From an uncultured Arcobacter sp. (GTDB taxonomy: Bacteria; Campylobacterota; Campylobacteria; Campylobacterales; Arcobacteraceae): DNA of 64,000 nt. Position 1 is the stretch's first letter. Each line of letters begins with the position of its first letter. The translations under genes were made by a program, and so were the position numbers. The stretch is taken from positions 192,001 to 256,000 of the forward strand of contig OZ223301.1 in the NCBI GenBank assembly GCA_965140705.1, read 5' to 3'. Below the pieces are notes generated by a model, which ran no database searches, was not told where the DNA came from, and was given only the letters and a program-made list of their open reading frames with translations. Of this stretch, positions 22,682 through 32,648 are shown piece after piece.

Positions 22682-23263
22682 TTGAAATATGTTCAAAAAG
22701 AGTTTAGTTCAGTTTTTGAAGAGAAAAAATCAAAGTTTCATGCTTTTTTAGCTCCTTATTCGCAGTTTAATGAAGTAATGAAAAGATTAAAAGAAGAGCA
22801 TCCAAAAGCTAGGCATTTTGTTTATGCATACCGATATTTAAACGAATTTGACCAAATTATTGAAAATAGTAGTGATGATGGAGAACCAAAAGGTACGAGT
22901 GGAAAACCTTGCTTAAATGTAATGGCAGGAAACGAACTAATAAATACTTTTGTAATAGTTGTGAGATATTTTGGTGGAGTGAAACTTGGAACAGGTGGAT
23001 TAGTAAGAGCTTATAGTGATGCTGTTAATAGTGTAATTAATATCTCAAAACTGCAAACATATGAAAAACTAGAACAAAGAGTACTAACTTGTGAATATTC
23101 TGATTTATCAAAGTTGGAGTATTTAATTAGTAATCAAAATATAAATATAATAAATAAAGAGTTTGATGTGAATATTAAACTTTATTTAGAATCTACAAAA
23201 GAGGATTTTGAAATCTTTGAAAAAGATTTACCTTTAAATACTAAATTAGAAATAAATATATAA
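22682..23263 (+). CDS. YigZ/IMPACT family protein
   Basis: KKSKF, DDGEPKGTSG, VVRYFGGVKLGTGGLVRAY. Confidence 0.92.
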   Translation: MKYVQKEFSSVFEEKKSKFHAFLAPYSQFNEVMKRLKEEHPKARHFVYAYRYLNEFDQIIENSSDDGEPKGTSGKPCLNVMAGNELINTFVIVVRYFGGVKLGTGGLVRAYSDAVNSVINISKLQTYEKLEQRVLTCEYSDLSKLEYLISNQNINIINKEFDVNIKLYLESTKEDFEIFEKDLPLNTKLEINI

Positions 23264-23325
23264 CTTTAATATAATTTTTAAGTAATTAATATATAATAAT
23301 CTTTAAAGATATTAAAGGTGATAGT

Positions 23326-24732
23326 TTGAAGATTATAATTTTTATTTTATTGATATTTACAATAGGGGCAAATGCAAAGAGTAGTGAGTATATAAACATA
23401 AATTTTAAAAATTTAGATATCGAAGAGTTTATAAAAATTACTTCCAAACAATTGGACAAAAATATCTTTTATCTAGGAAAGATAGAGGGGAAAGTTGATT
23501 TTGTAACTAATAAATCAATAAAAAAACAGAAACTTTTAGAGCTTTTAAAATTTACTTTATTGAAAAAAGGTTATGTTTTAAAAGATGAAGGGACTATTTT
23601 CAAAATAGAAAATATAAACACGCCTTTAAATCAACAAGAGAAAAAACTAGAAATAATCCCTATTCAAAACCTCGAAGCACAAAATATATTAAAAGTCTTA
23701 AATAAAATTTATTCAAATAAAAAATCAAATATAAATCCTTTAATAACCATAGAAAATGATACAAACTCTATTATAGTAGTAGGAAGTAAAAGTGATACAG
23801 AAAGTATAAAAAAGTTTATAAAAAAAATCGATGTATCAAATCCACAGATTTATATAAAGGCAAAAATTCTTGAGATAAGTGAAACGAAAACAAAAGAGAT
23901 AGGCTTGGAATATGGTTTAAATGGTTTTAATAAATATAGTTCCACAAATTTAAGCACTTTTTCTAGCTCTTTTAATAGTTTAACTAATAAGGCAATTAAT
24001 TTTAGTGATTTTTCTACCTTTGGCTTTGATATTAACTCTTTATCAAAGGGTTTGAGTTTGGGTGCAACTATTAACTTTTTAAAGCAAAATCAAGCTATAG
24101 ATGTAATATCTGAACCTTCAATTTTATGTATAAATAATAAAGAGTCTTCTATTTATGTTGGTGAAACAAAATCTTTTAAAACAGGACAGACAACAAATAC
24201 TTCTGGAACAACAGAGTCTTTTAAAAGGGAAGAAGTAGGATTAAGGTTAAAAGTAAAGCCTAGAATTTCAGAGAATAAAATCATTTTACAAATAAATACA
24301 GTACTAGAAGATGTAAAAGAATCAACTACAAGTGAAAATTTAGATACTTCAAAAAAAGAAGTAATTACAACAGCCATATTAAATAATGGTGAGAGTGTAA
24401 TAATTGGTGGCTTAATAAAAAGTAAAAAATATCAAACGGAATCTGGGCTTCCTGTTTTAAAGGATATTCCATTATTTGGTAATTTGTTTAAAAATGAAAA
24501 ATATATAAATGATAAAATGAATCTTGTAGTAATCATAACACCATATATTGTGCCAAAAGATTCAACACTTAGTATTATAAAAAATAAGGTTGATTATTTG
24601 CAAAGTTTAGAAGATATTTATGTAAATAGTTTAGTAAAAAAGCTTGAAGATAAAAAAATAAAAAAGAGTAGTGTTAAGGAAAGTATTTCATCAAATCCAT
24701 TAGAAAAAATTTATACTAATGTGAACAACTAA
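23326..24732 (+). CDS. Secretin, GspD-like (compact)
   Basis: Signal peptide, INFKNLDI N0 domain, one N domain, EVGLRLKVKP and GLPVLKDIPLFGNLF secretin motifs. Confidence 0.88.
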   Translation: MKIIIFILLIFTIGANAKSSEYININFKNLDIEEFIKITSKQLDKNIFYLGKIEGKVDFVTNKSIKKQKLLELLKFTLLKKGYVLKDEGTIFKIENINTPLNQQEKKLEIIPIQNLEAQNILKVLNKIYSNKKSNINPLITIENDTNSIIVVGSKSDTESIKKFIKKIDVSNPQIYIKAKILEISETKTKEIGLEYGLNGFNKYSSTNLSTFSSSFNSLTNKAINFSDFSTFGFDINSLSKGLSLGATINFLKQNQAIDVISEPSILCINNKESSIYVGETKSFKTGQTTNTSGTTESFKREEVGLRLKVKPRISENKIILQINTVLEDVKESTTSENLDTSKKEVITTAILNNGESVIIGGLIKSKKYQTESGLPVLKDIPLFGNLFKNEKYINDKMNLVVIITPYIVPKDSTLSIIKNKVDYLQSLEDIYVNSLVKKLEDKKIKKSSVKESISSNPLEKIYTNVNN

Positions 24733-24734
24733 TA

Positions 24735-25418
24735 TTACTTTTTCTTTTTTACTCTTGTTTTTGAAACTCTTTTATCATTTATTTTATAATTAAATTCTAA
24801 GTATTTTTCTATCATATACTCAGATAAATCGTACATTTCATCTAAATTTGTTTTGATTCTCCAAGAATTGACTTGTTCCTCTTTTGAGAGCTGTTTTTTT
24901 ATTTGAATATTATTTTTGTTATAAATATTTAAAAACTTTTCAGTTGGAAAATTTTGTATTATAGGATGATTTAGAAATGATTTTTCATATTCTTTTTTAA
25001 AATAATGTATTAAAGAAAAGGCTAATAATTCTGGTATCCAAAAAGAGCCTTTTTTTATTTTATTAGAAAAGATTGAAGTTAGATATTGATAATAGACTCG
25101 CATTGGTTCAAGGCATTTTGATAATCTTAAAAAAGTTGGTGAGATGTTTTTATTTCTAAATATATAAAGTAAAGTTTCACTTATAATAATATTTGAGTCT
25201 AAATGATTTTTTAAATCATGAACGCTTTTATTTATAAACTCAATCTCTTTGGTATCTATTAATAAATTCTTATTTAAAACATTATCTTTTATATCAATTT
25301 TTTCATAATCACTTAAAAGCATATGAATTACTAATAACAAAGTATCGACTTTCATCTTTTTTAAATTAAAAGAGTTACAATACTTTGAGACTATTTTTAA
25401 TTGTTCATTTTTATCCAT
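24735..25418 (-). CDS. Hypothetical protein
   Basis: 227-aa ORF with upstream AGGG and a basic C-terminal tail; no motif recognised. Confidence 0.65.
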   Translation of the reverse strand: MDKNEQLKIVSKYCNSFNLKKMKVDTLLLVIHMLLSDYEKIDIKDNVLNKNLLIDTKEIEFINKSVHDLKNHLDSNIIISETLLYIFRNKNISPTFLRLSKCLEPMRVYYQYLTSIFSNKIKKGSFWIPELLAFSLIHYFKKEYEKSFLNHPIIQNFPTEKFLNIYNKNNIQIKKQLSKEEQVNSWRIKTNLDEMYDLSEYMIEKYLEFNYKINDKRVSKTRVKKKK

Positions 25419-25526
25419 AAATACCCTAATTTTTAAATTTACCTATTTTAGGAAAATAAATTTATTACTTCTTCTTTTTTTGTGCCTCATTTATAATCAT
25501 TTTGTGCTAATTTTATAGTTAAAACG

Positions 25527-25535
25527 TGCTACAAT
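25527..25535 (+). promoter_or_regulatory. Extended -10 (TGcTACAAT) 5 nt before the AraC ATG; probable leaderless promoter
   Basis: TGCTACAAT-atctt-ATG; no SD present. Confidence 0.5.
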
Positions 25536-25540
25536 ATCTT

Positions 25541-26413
25541 ATGAAAAAAGATACATTACAAAAAAGAACAAAAATAGCAAATGACATTATGTATTATATT
25601 TATACTCATATTGATATCCATATTGATATAGAAGAGTTAAGTATTGATTTAAAAGTTAGTAAATTTCATATGCATAGAATTTTTAAAGATGCTTTTGGAA
25701 AAAACATTTATGAGAGTATCAAGTCTATAAGGCTTCAAAAGGCATCAAATCTACTTTTGACTAATAAATATTCTACAATATCAAATATTGCAAACCAATG
25801 TGGATACTCTTCTCAATCTTCTTTTATAAAAAGTTTCAAAGAGAGATTTGATATGACTCCAAAGGAGTGGAGAAGTACAGGTTATAAAGACTACTCTCAT
25901 AAAATTTTACAACAATCTCAAAAAGCGATGGAATCTACTGCAGATTTTAGTGATATGACACCAAGTATCGTAAAGATGCCATTTTTCGAGAGTTTTTATA
26001 TAAGAAACAATGGTTACAACGCAAATATAAAAGAGACTTGGCAGAAGCTTCAAACTTGGATTTTATCAAATAATATAAAAAACTATCAACAAATAGCACT
26101 ATTTCATGATAATCCAACTATTACACCATTAAATGAGTGTCAATATATTGCTTGTATTGTAACAGATGATAAGAATATAAAAAGTGATAGATTGCCAAAT
26201 TTTAAGATATCAAAGGGTGTTTATGCCAAATTTGATTTAGTAGGTAAAAGGGGTGATATTCTTAAATTTATACATTGGGTTTACCATGAATGGCTTCCAA
26301 AAAGTGAGTATGAAACAACAACAAAACCATCATATGTAATATATAGAAAGAATAACTTTTTAAATGAAGAAAATGAGTTTGACTTGAGTTTTTATGTATC
26401 AATAAACTATTGA
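25541..26413 (+). CDS. AraC family regulator with a GyrI-like effector domain
   Basis: SKFHMHRIF, IANQCGYSSQSSFIKSFKERFDMTP HTH; HDNP...Y.ACI and WLPKS GyrI motifs; start moved to the ATG at 25541. Confidence 0.9.
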   Translation: MKKDTLQKRTKIANDIMYYIYTHIDIHIDIEELSIDLKVSKFHMHRIFKDAFGKNIYESIKSIRLQKASNLLLTNKYSTISNIANQCGYSSQSSFIKSFKERFDMTPKEWRSTGYKDYSHKILQQSQKAMESTADFSDMTPSIVKMPFFESFYIRNNGYNANIKETWQKLQTWILSNNIKNYQQIALFHDNPTITPLNECQYIACIVTDDKNIKSDRLPNFKISKGVYAKFDLVGKRGDILKFIHWVYHEWLPKSEYETTTKPSYVIYRKNNFLNEENEFDLSFYVSINY

Positions 26414-27028
26414 TTACTTTACATATCTTTTCATCATTGAATTAAAAATATTTAAATCTTTTATTAGTTTTTCTGGGGCTTGAGAATTTATTATTTTATT
26501 GCAATCATTGCATAAAATACTCAAGTTCTCAAAATGATAAGTTCCACCTTGATCTAAATCTTTTATTAGTAATAGCATAGAAGTATCCATTTTAATACTT
26601 TTCCCACATCTATTGCACTTATAATTTTCTCTTTTGATAACGAAATTTTTTCTTCTTAGAAGATTGTTTGGGGTACTGTTTTTAGGAATAGATTCTTTTT
26701 CATAACTTGCCCATAATAACTCTTTTGGTATGTTTTTTTGAGTTCTTTTTTCAAAAGGAAAGTCTATAAACTGCTTTGTGATCTCTTCCAAAATCAATAT
26801 TCTTGCTTGGTCGTAAGGATTTGTTTTGCTTATTGAAGTAATTCTTGAAAAATCAAAATTTATCTTTGGATATTTATTTTTTAAGTAAATAGTTATTTCA
26901 TGTACAAAGTAAGAAATATTATTTTTACTATAATATTTCTTAAATATTTTTTTTCTATAGATGTAAAAAGGCAATATAAAAGCAATTATGATTGATGATG
27001 AGATTATATAATCTAAACCAAGAATCAT
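26414..27028 (-). CDS. Membrane-anchored HNH-like zinc-binding protein
   Basis: N-terminal TM helix; CNRC...GGT...NL..LCNDCN HNH scaffold. Confidence 0.75.
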   Translation of the reverse strand: MILGLDYIISSSIIIAFILPFYIYRKKIFKKYYSKNNISYFVHEITIYLKNKYPKINFDFSRITSISKTNPYDQARILILEEITKQFIDFPFEKRTQKNIPKELLWASYEKESIPKNSTPNNLLRRKNFVIKRENYKCNRCGKSIKMDTSMLLLIKDLDQGGTYHFENLSILCNDCNKIINSQAPEKLIKDLNIFNSMMKRYVK

Positions 27029-27036
27029 AATTTTAA

Positions 27037-28158
27037 TTAAATTATTTTAGGGTCTAGAGTATGGTTTTTAAAAGTTGCTTTTGCTAAATCATATTCTCCC
27101 ATAGCTAAATTCTCAAGCTCATTTATATGTAAAACTGGAAGATTAATCTCTCTTCCTATTACACTTTCCATATTTTTTCTATTAAAATCTAATAAGTAAA
27201 AATCTTGGTCATTATCAACAACAATAAAATCAGCTCCACTATCATAAGCATCAAGCATTAAAGTTGAAGTTAATTTATAAGTTAACTCTGGATTTATGTG
27301 AAAAGTATCTTTTGCTAAATCTTGATTTAAAGATGATAAGTTTAATACTTTAGCTTTAAGGCTAGAAATAAGATTTGATTTATCTTCTGAGTTTTCTGAT
27401 TTTAAGTAAGCAAAACTAAAATCTTTGAAGTCATGTTTTATGTTTTGAACTTTTTTAAAAGTTCCAAAATCAATCTTTTTAGAAATAGAAGATTTAAAAT
27501 TTTGTTTATCAATTGTTTTTGATATATTTAGTTTATTTTTAAGGTTTACAATCTTATCTTCAATGCTTTGGTCAAAATTTAAAATTCTCTTAGATAAACT
27601 TGTGTGAAATTGAATTCCATATTCACACTCTTTGATTCTATTTAATATCTCTTTTTCTTTATTTGGAAATTTTTCTATTAAATCACAAGCTAATAAAAGT
27701 ATGGCATCACCAATGTAATTATACTCTACATTTAAGGTATTTGAGGCATAAAAATATATTTTATATGATTCGTATAACTCTTTAAACTCTTTATCAATAT
27801 TATTTTTAAGTAAATCTAAGCTAATAAATTCACTTAAAATTGATAATTTTGAGTGAAAATCATCTTCATTGATTATAAAATCTTTATTTACTCTTCTTAT
27901 ACTTAGAGGCTCTATTTTTATATCACTTCCAAACTTATCTTTTATTTGTTTACAAGTAGTCATTACACTCATGTAAATATCATTTACAACAAAGTAACTA
28001 TTTGGACTATTTTCAAAAGAGAATTCATCTTCACTATTGAGTTTATTTAAAACAGTTAAAAGTGTGTTGTTTTCTTCAACATTTAAAAAATGTTTTGTGT
28101 AATATGGTAAATAGTCTGATTTACAGTCAAATCTAAATAAAGAAATTTCAAGTTTCAT
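27037..28158 (-). CDS. DUF5644-type protein (degenerate Fe-S/HdrB-like)
   Basis: MKLEISLFRFD...DYLPYY start, IEPLS, YIGD, DAYDSGADFIVV. Confidence 0.65.
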   Translation of the reverse strand: MKLEISLFRFDCKSDYLPYYTKHFLNVEENNTLLTVLNKLNSEDEFSFENSPNSYFVVNDIYMSVMTTCKQIKDKFGSDIKIEPLSIRRVNKDFIINEDDFHSKLSILSEFISLDLLKNNIDKEFKELYESYKIYFYASNTLNVEYNYIGDAILLLACDLIEKFPNKEKEILNRIKECEYGIQFHTSLSKRILNFDQSIEDKIVNLKNKLNISKTIDKQNFKSSISKKIDFGTFKKVQNIKHDFKDFSFAYLKSENSEDKSNLISSLKAKVLNLSSLNQDLAKDTFHINPELTYKLTSTLMLDAYDSGADFIVVDNDQDFYLLDFNRKNMESVIGREINLPVLHINELENLAMGEYDLAKATFKNHTLDPKII

Positions 28159-28236
28159 AATCGTACCTTAATTTTATCAAATATATTTTAGTCAAATATC
28201 TCTTATAAAATAATAATTATTACTTAAAAATAATAA

Positions 28237-29502
28237 TTATTCATTAAAACTTTTGATATTGACACCTATTTTTACTAATTTCCCCTCTAAATCTTCATAT
28301 CCTCTGTCTAAATGATAAATTCTATGAATATTTGTTTCCCCGTCTGCAACAAGCGCAGCTAATACTAAAGCAGAACTTGCTCTTAAATCTGTAGCCATAA
28401 CATCTGTACCATTTAATTTATTTGGAGTACCAGTTATACTTGCTATATTTCCATTAAGATGAATATCTGCACCCATTCTTAAAAGTTCACTAACATGCAT
28501 ATATCGATTTTCAAATAATCTCTCATCAATAGTACTTGTTCCATTTGCTTGAGTTGCAAGAGCCATAAATTGAGCTTGCATATCAGTTGGAAAGCCTGGA
28601 TACTCTGTTGTTATTATATTTACAGCTTTTATATTATCACTAGGAAAAATAGTGATTTCATTTTTTGCTGTTTGAATTTTAAAGTTCATCTCTTCAAGTT
28701 TTGATATTACAGCTTCTAAATGCAAAGGTTCTACATTAGTAATTGTTAATTTAGAATTAGTAATTGCTCCTGCACACAAATATGTTCCAGCTTCAATTCT
28801 ATCTGGAATAATATCAAAATCTTTAAATTCTAAAAGTTTTTTATTTGTACCGACAATTGTAAGATCTGAACTACCAATTCCTGTTATATTTAGTCCTGCA
28901 TCTTTTAAAACTTCACATAATTGTACTATTTCAGGCTCTTTTGCACAATTGATAATATGTGTTTCTCCATCAGCTAGTGCTGCTGCCATTATTGCATTTT
29001 CTGTTCCACCCACGGTTACTTTATCAAAAACAATTTTTGCACCCTTTAAACCATTTGGAGCAGTTGCTTTTATATATCCAGCTTTTATTTCTATTGTTGC
29101 CCCTAAAGCTTCCATAGCTTTTAAGTGTAAATCAACAGGTCTTTGTCCTATGGCACAACCACCAGGAAGAGAAACTTCACAATGTCCAAATCTTGCTAAT
29201 AATGGCCCTAATACTAAAATAGAGGCTCTCATAGTTTTTACAATATCGTAAGTTGCTTTTGTCTCTTTTATATTTTGTGTTGAGATTTTTATTTTATTTT
29301 TGTCTTTTGAATAATCAGCCCCTAACATTTCTAATAACTTTAGCATGGTATTTATATCAACTACATCTGGAAGATTTCCTATATTTATTTGATTGTTTGA
29401 TAAGATAGTTGATGCAAGGAGAGGTAAAGTGGCATTTTTAGCCCCTGATATTTTTATTTCACCTTTTAGATTTTTAGAAGATTGTATTTTTAGATATTTC
29501 AT
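28237..29502 (-). CDS. murA: UDP-N-acetylglucosamine 1-carboxyvinyltransferase
   Basis: [42 protein letters not shown]. Confidence 0.97.
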   Translation of the reverse strand: MKYLKIQSSKNLKGEIKISGAKNATLPLLASTILSNNQINIGNLPDVVDINTMLKLLEMLGADYSKDKNKIKISTQNIKETKATYDIVKTMRASILVLGPLLARFGHCEVSLPGGCAIGQRPVDLHLKAMEALGATIEIKAGYIKATAPNGLKGAKIVFDKVTVGGTENAIMAAALADGETHIINCAKEPEIVQLCEVLKDAGLNITGIGSSDLTIVGTNKKLLEFKDFDIIPDRIEAGTYLCAGAITNSKLTITNVEPLHLEAVISKLEEMNFKIQTAKNEITIFPSDNIKAVNIITTEYPGFPTDMQAQFMALATQANGTSTIDERLFENRYMHVSELLRMGADIHLNGNIASITGTPNKLNGTDVMATDLRASSALVLAALVADGETNIHRIYHLDRGYEDLEGKLVKIGVNIKSFNE

Positions 29503-29624
29503 TTTGTTCCTATTGGTTTAGTTCTGTATTTTTAAATGTATTAAAACTATTTATTACTTATTGAGAATAACCGGATTTTAACAAAAGATTAATTAAAATT
29601 CGGTTTTTACATCCTAGGATTATA

Positions 29625-30506
29625 ATGGACACTCAAACAATACAAGGCATAAAGTTTATGCTTTTTGCATCACTTTTATTTGCTTTTATGGGAGCTTTTG
29701 CCAAAGAATTAAGTTCCTCAATGAGTTCAATTGAAGTGGTTTTTTTCAGAAATATATTTGGCGTGATACTAATTGCTTTTTCTTTATATAAAAAGCCAGT
29801 AAAACAAACAGGTGGAAAACCTTTATTACTATTTTTTAGAGGTTTTGTTGGTTTTTTAGCCTTGCTTACTTTTTTTTATAATATTTCAAATATCTCACTT
29901 GCAGAGGCTATGACTTTTTCTAAAACTTCTACAATATTTACGGCTATTTTTGCATATATTTTTATAAAAGAAAAACTGGGGTTAAAGGGTTGGATAGGTG
30001 TTTTTATTGGATTTATAGGGATTCTTTTTATTACCAAGTTTGATGGTAGCACTTTAGATAAGACAGATTGGTTGGGGATTTTTTCAGGTGTAGGTGCTGC
30101 TTTAGCATACACTTCAGTTAGAGAACTACGAACTTTTTATGATACTAGAGTTATAGTTTTGTCTTTTATGACAATAGGAACAATAGGTCCAGTGATATTA
30201 ATGATAATCGCAAATTTTTATACAAATACATCTTTTGACTTTATGTTTGGAAAATTTACGATGCCAAATCTAAATGATTTGTTATATATAGTACTTATGG
30301 GTACAACTGCAACATTTGCTCAAATATATATGACAAAAGCGTATGGAGTTGCAAAAGCTGGAATAGTTGGGACAATTTCATACAGTAATTTGATTTTTGC
30401 AATAATACTAGGTGTAATATTAGGTGACAAATTTCCAGATATTTGGATATCATTGGGTATAATTTTAATTATTATTAGTGGAGTTTTGGCTTCAAGTAAA
30501 AAATAA
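29625..30506 (+). CDS. DMT/EamA family transporter
   Basis: About 10 TM helices in two repeats; EVVFFR, KEKLG. Confidence 0.88.
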   Translation: MDTQTIQGIKFMLFASLLFAFMGAFAKELSSSMSSIEVVFFRNIFGVILIAFSLYKKPVKQTGGKPLLLFFRGFVGFLALLTFFYNISNISLAEAMTFSKTSTIFTAIFAYIFIKEKLGLKGWIGVFIGFIGILFITKFDGSTLDKTDWLGIFSGVGAALAYTSVRELRTFYDTRVIVLSFMTIGTIGPVILMIIANFYTNTSFDFMFGKFTMPNLNDLLYIVLMGTTATFAQIYMTKAYGVAKAGIVGTISYSNLIFAIILGVILGDKFPDIWISLGIILIIISGVLASSKK

Positions 30507-30515
30507 GGAGAAAAA

Positions 30516-32258
30516 GTGAGTTTTGACTGGGAATTTTCTATTATAGAATGGAGTATTATTGCAATTGTTATAGTCGCTTGGTATATACATGATAAATATG
30601 TTCAAAGAAAACATCAATTATTGGTAAACTACCCAATTATTGGAAGGTTAAGATTTGTTTTAGAAGAAGCAAGGGAGCCATTTAGACAATACTTTGGTGA
30701 TGAAAAGTTTTATGAGTCAAAAGATAAGTTAGACTGGCTTAATAAAGCATGTAGAGATTTACCTAATTATGCTTCCTTTTCTCCAAGTCAACCCTTACCT
30801 TATCCAAAGTTTATGATAAGACATGCCAATATAGTTTTAAATGAAGATGAGGTTGAAGGTGGATTTGAGGTTATTTTTGGACCAAGAAGAAAAAAACCTT
30901 TTAAATCTAAATCTATAATTGGAAGATCAGCTATGAGTGATGGTTCTATTTCTCCTGAAGGTACAAGAGCATTTGCAAAAGGTGCATTAGAGGGACAGTT
31001 TCCTATAAATACAGGTGAGGGTAGTGTAACTTCAAATTTCTTTGTTACACATCAAAACTATAAAGCTGATTATATGAAAGTTGTACATGGTACAAAATTT
31101 GAAAAAAGAATAAAAGATGTAGTTCAGTTTTTCTTTAATGGGGCTGTTGCTGCTGATGTTTATAGAAAACTAGTTTTTGGCAATGATCCTGAAGCAGAAA
31201 CTTATATCTTTGATTTACAGTCATCATTGTTTCATAGAATAAATTGGGATGCGCCTTTAGAGTCTTTCCCTAGAGAAGTTCCTACAGACTTACCTGATAT
31301 TACATTTCAAATAAGTTCTGGATTATATGGGGCTAGGGATAAAAATGGTAAATTTGATCCAGTAAGATATGAAAAAGTAATGAAATTTTGTCGTATGACA
31401 GAGATAAAAATGGCACAAGGTGCTAAACAAACAGGTGGAAAACTAGCTGGTCATAAAGTAACTCCTGCTATTGCTTATTATAGAGGTGTTGAAGCATATA
31501 AAGATGTTTTCTCACCTAATAGATTCCCTTATGCAAATACTATTGAAGAACTTTTTGATTTCATTGGACAATTACAACAAATCTCTGAAAAACCAGTTGG
31601 AGTAAAAATTGTTATTTCTGATTTAGATAATATAGAACCTTATGCTAAAGAGATTAAAAAAAGAATAGATGAAGGAAAAGATTCATATCCTGATTATATT
31701 GCTATTGATGGAGGAAGTGGTGGAAGTGCTACTGCTCCAATTGAAACAATGGAAAGAGTAGGGCTTGATATTAAAGATTCTATTTATTTAGTAGATAAAG
31801 TTTTATGTGAATATGGAGTGAGAGATAAAATTAAACTTGTAGCTAGTGGAAAAGTTTTAACTCCTGATGATGTTATTATAATCATGTCTTTGGGTGCAGA
31901 TTTTATTCAAATAGCTCGTGGATTTATGATGAGTGCTGGATGTATTAGAGCTAGATATTGTTCAGGTACTACAGGGCATGATTGCCCAGTTGGACTTGCT
32001 ACTCAAAATAAATCAAAAAGAAAAAAATATTTTGTACATAAACAAGCTAAAAAAGTAGCTAATTATCATAAGAACTTATTAAAAAGTGTAAAGGGTATGT
32101 TAGCTATTATGGGACTTAAAAATGTTAGTCAATTAAACAAACATAGAATTATGTTTATAGATAAAGATGCAAAAGTTTATGATAATATGGATGATGTATT
32201 TAAAAGAAAATTAAAAATTGGTAGAGACTTGGAGGACGAATATCATGAACATGGATAA
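30516..32258 (+). CDS. FMN-binding glutamate synthase family protein
   Basis: SAMS, NTGEG, EIKMAQGAK, PVGVK, IDGGSGG, GCIRARYC...CPVG.ATQ; N-terminal TM helix. Confidence 0.88.
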   Translation: MSFDWEFSIIEWSIIAIVIVAWYIHDKYVQRKHQLLVNYPIIGRLRFVLEEAREPFRQYFGDEKFYESKDKLDWLNKACRDLPNYASFSPSQPLPYPKFMIRHANIVLNEDEVEGGFEVIFGPRRKKPFKSKSIIGRSAMSDGSISPEGTRAFAKGALEGQFPINTGEGSVTSNFFVTHQNYKADYMKVVHGTKFEKRIKDVVQFFFNGAVAADVYRKLVFGNDPEAETYIFDLQSSLFHRINWDAPLESFPREVPTDLPDITFQISSGLYGARDKNGKFDPVRYEKVMKFCRMTEIKMAQGAKQTGGKLAGHKVTPAIAYYRGVEAYKDVFSPNRFPYANTIEELFDFIGQLQQISEKPVGVKIVISDLDNIEPYAKEIKKRIDEGKDSYPDYIAIDGGSGGSATAPIETMERVGLDIKDSIYLVDKVLCEYGVRDKIKLVASGKVLTPDDVIIIMSLGADFIQIARGFMMSAGCIRARYCSGTTGHDCPVGLATQNKSKRKKYFVHKQAKKVANYHKNLLKSVKGMLAIMGLKNVSQLNKHRIMFIDKDAKVYDNMDDVFKRKLKIGRDLEDEYHEHG

Positions 32259-32622
32259 GGTTATTTCCGGTTTTTTCATTATTTTAGCAATGACCGTAAA
32301 CTTTGGTTTTGTTTACGGTGACTTAGATACTATGACTCACCATAGTAAATATGAACTTTTTGCTGCAATTATTATAAATATAATTGCAACAGTGCTTAAA
32401 CTAGGAGATAGAACTCAAGTTGGTTCTGTTCTTTTAGCAACTTCACTTGTCGCAGATATCCAATTAATATCCGCAGCTTCTGTATGGACAATAGCTGCAT
32501 ATGCAAGTATAGTTACTTCTGAAGTTAGTACAACTATTGTATCTCTTTCAGCAGGAGCCTTATTAGCAAATATTGTTTCTGTGCTTCTTTATGTGGGAGA
32601 CACATTAAAATCAAAACGATAG
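32245..32622 (+). CDS. DUF6394-type small membrane protein
   Basis: Four TM helices; LKLGDRTQ, LLATSLVADIQLI; GGAGG SD before the ATG at 32245. Confidence 0.7.
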   Translation: MNMDKVISGFFIILAMTVNFGFVYGDLDTMTHHSKYELFAAIIINIIATVLKLGDRTQVGSVLLATSLVADIQLISAASVWTIAAYASIVTSEVSTTIVSLSAGALLANIVSVLLYVGDTLKSKR

Positions 32623-32648
32623 TTTCCTTGAAAACGATAGGTTAAATT

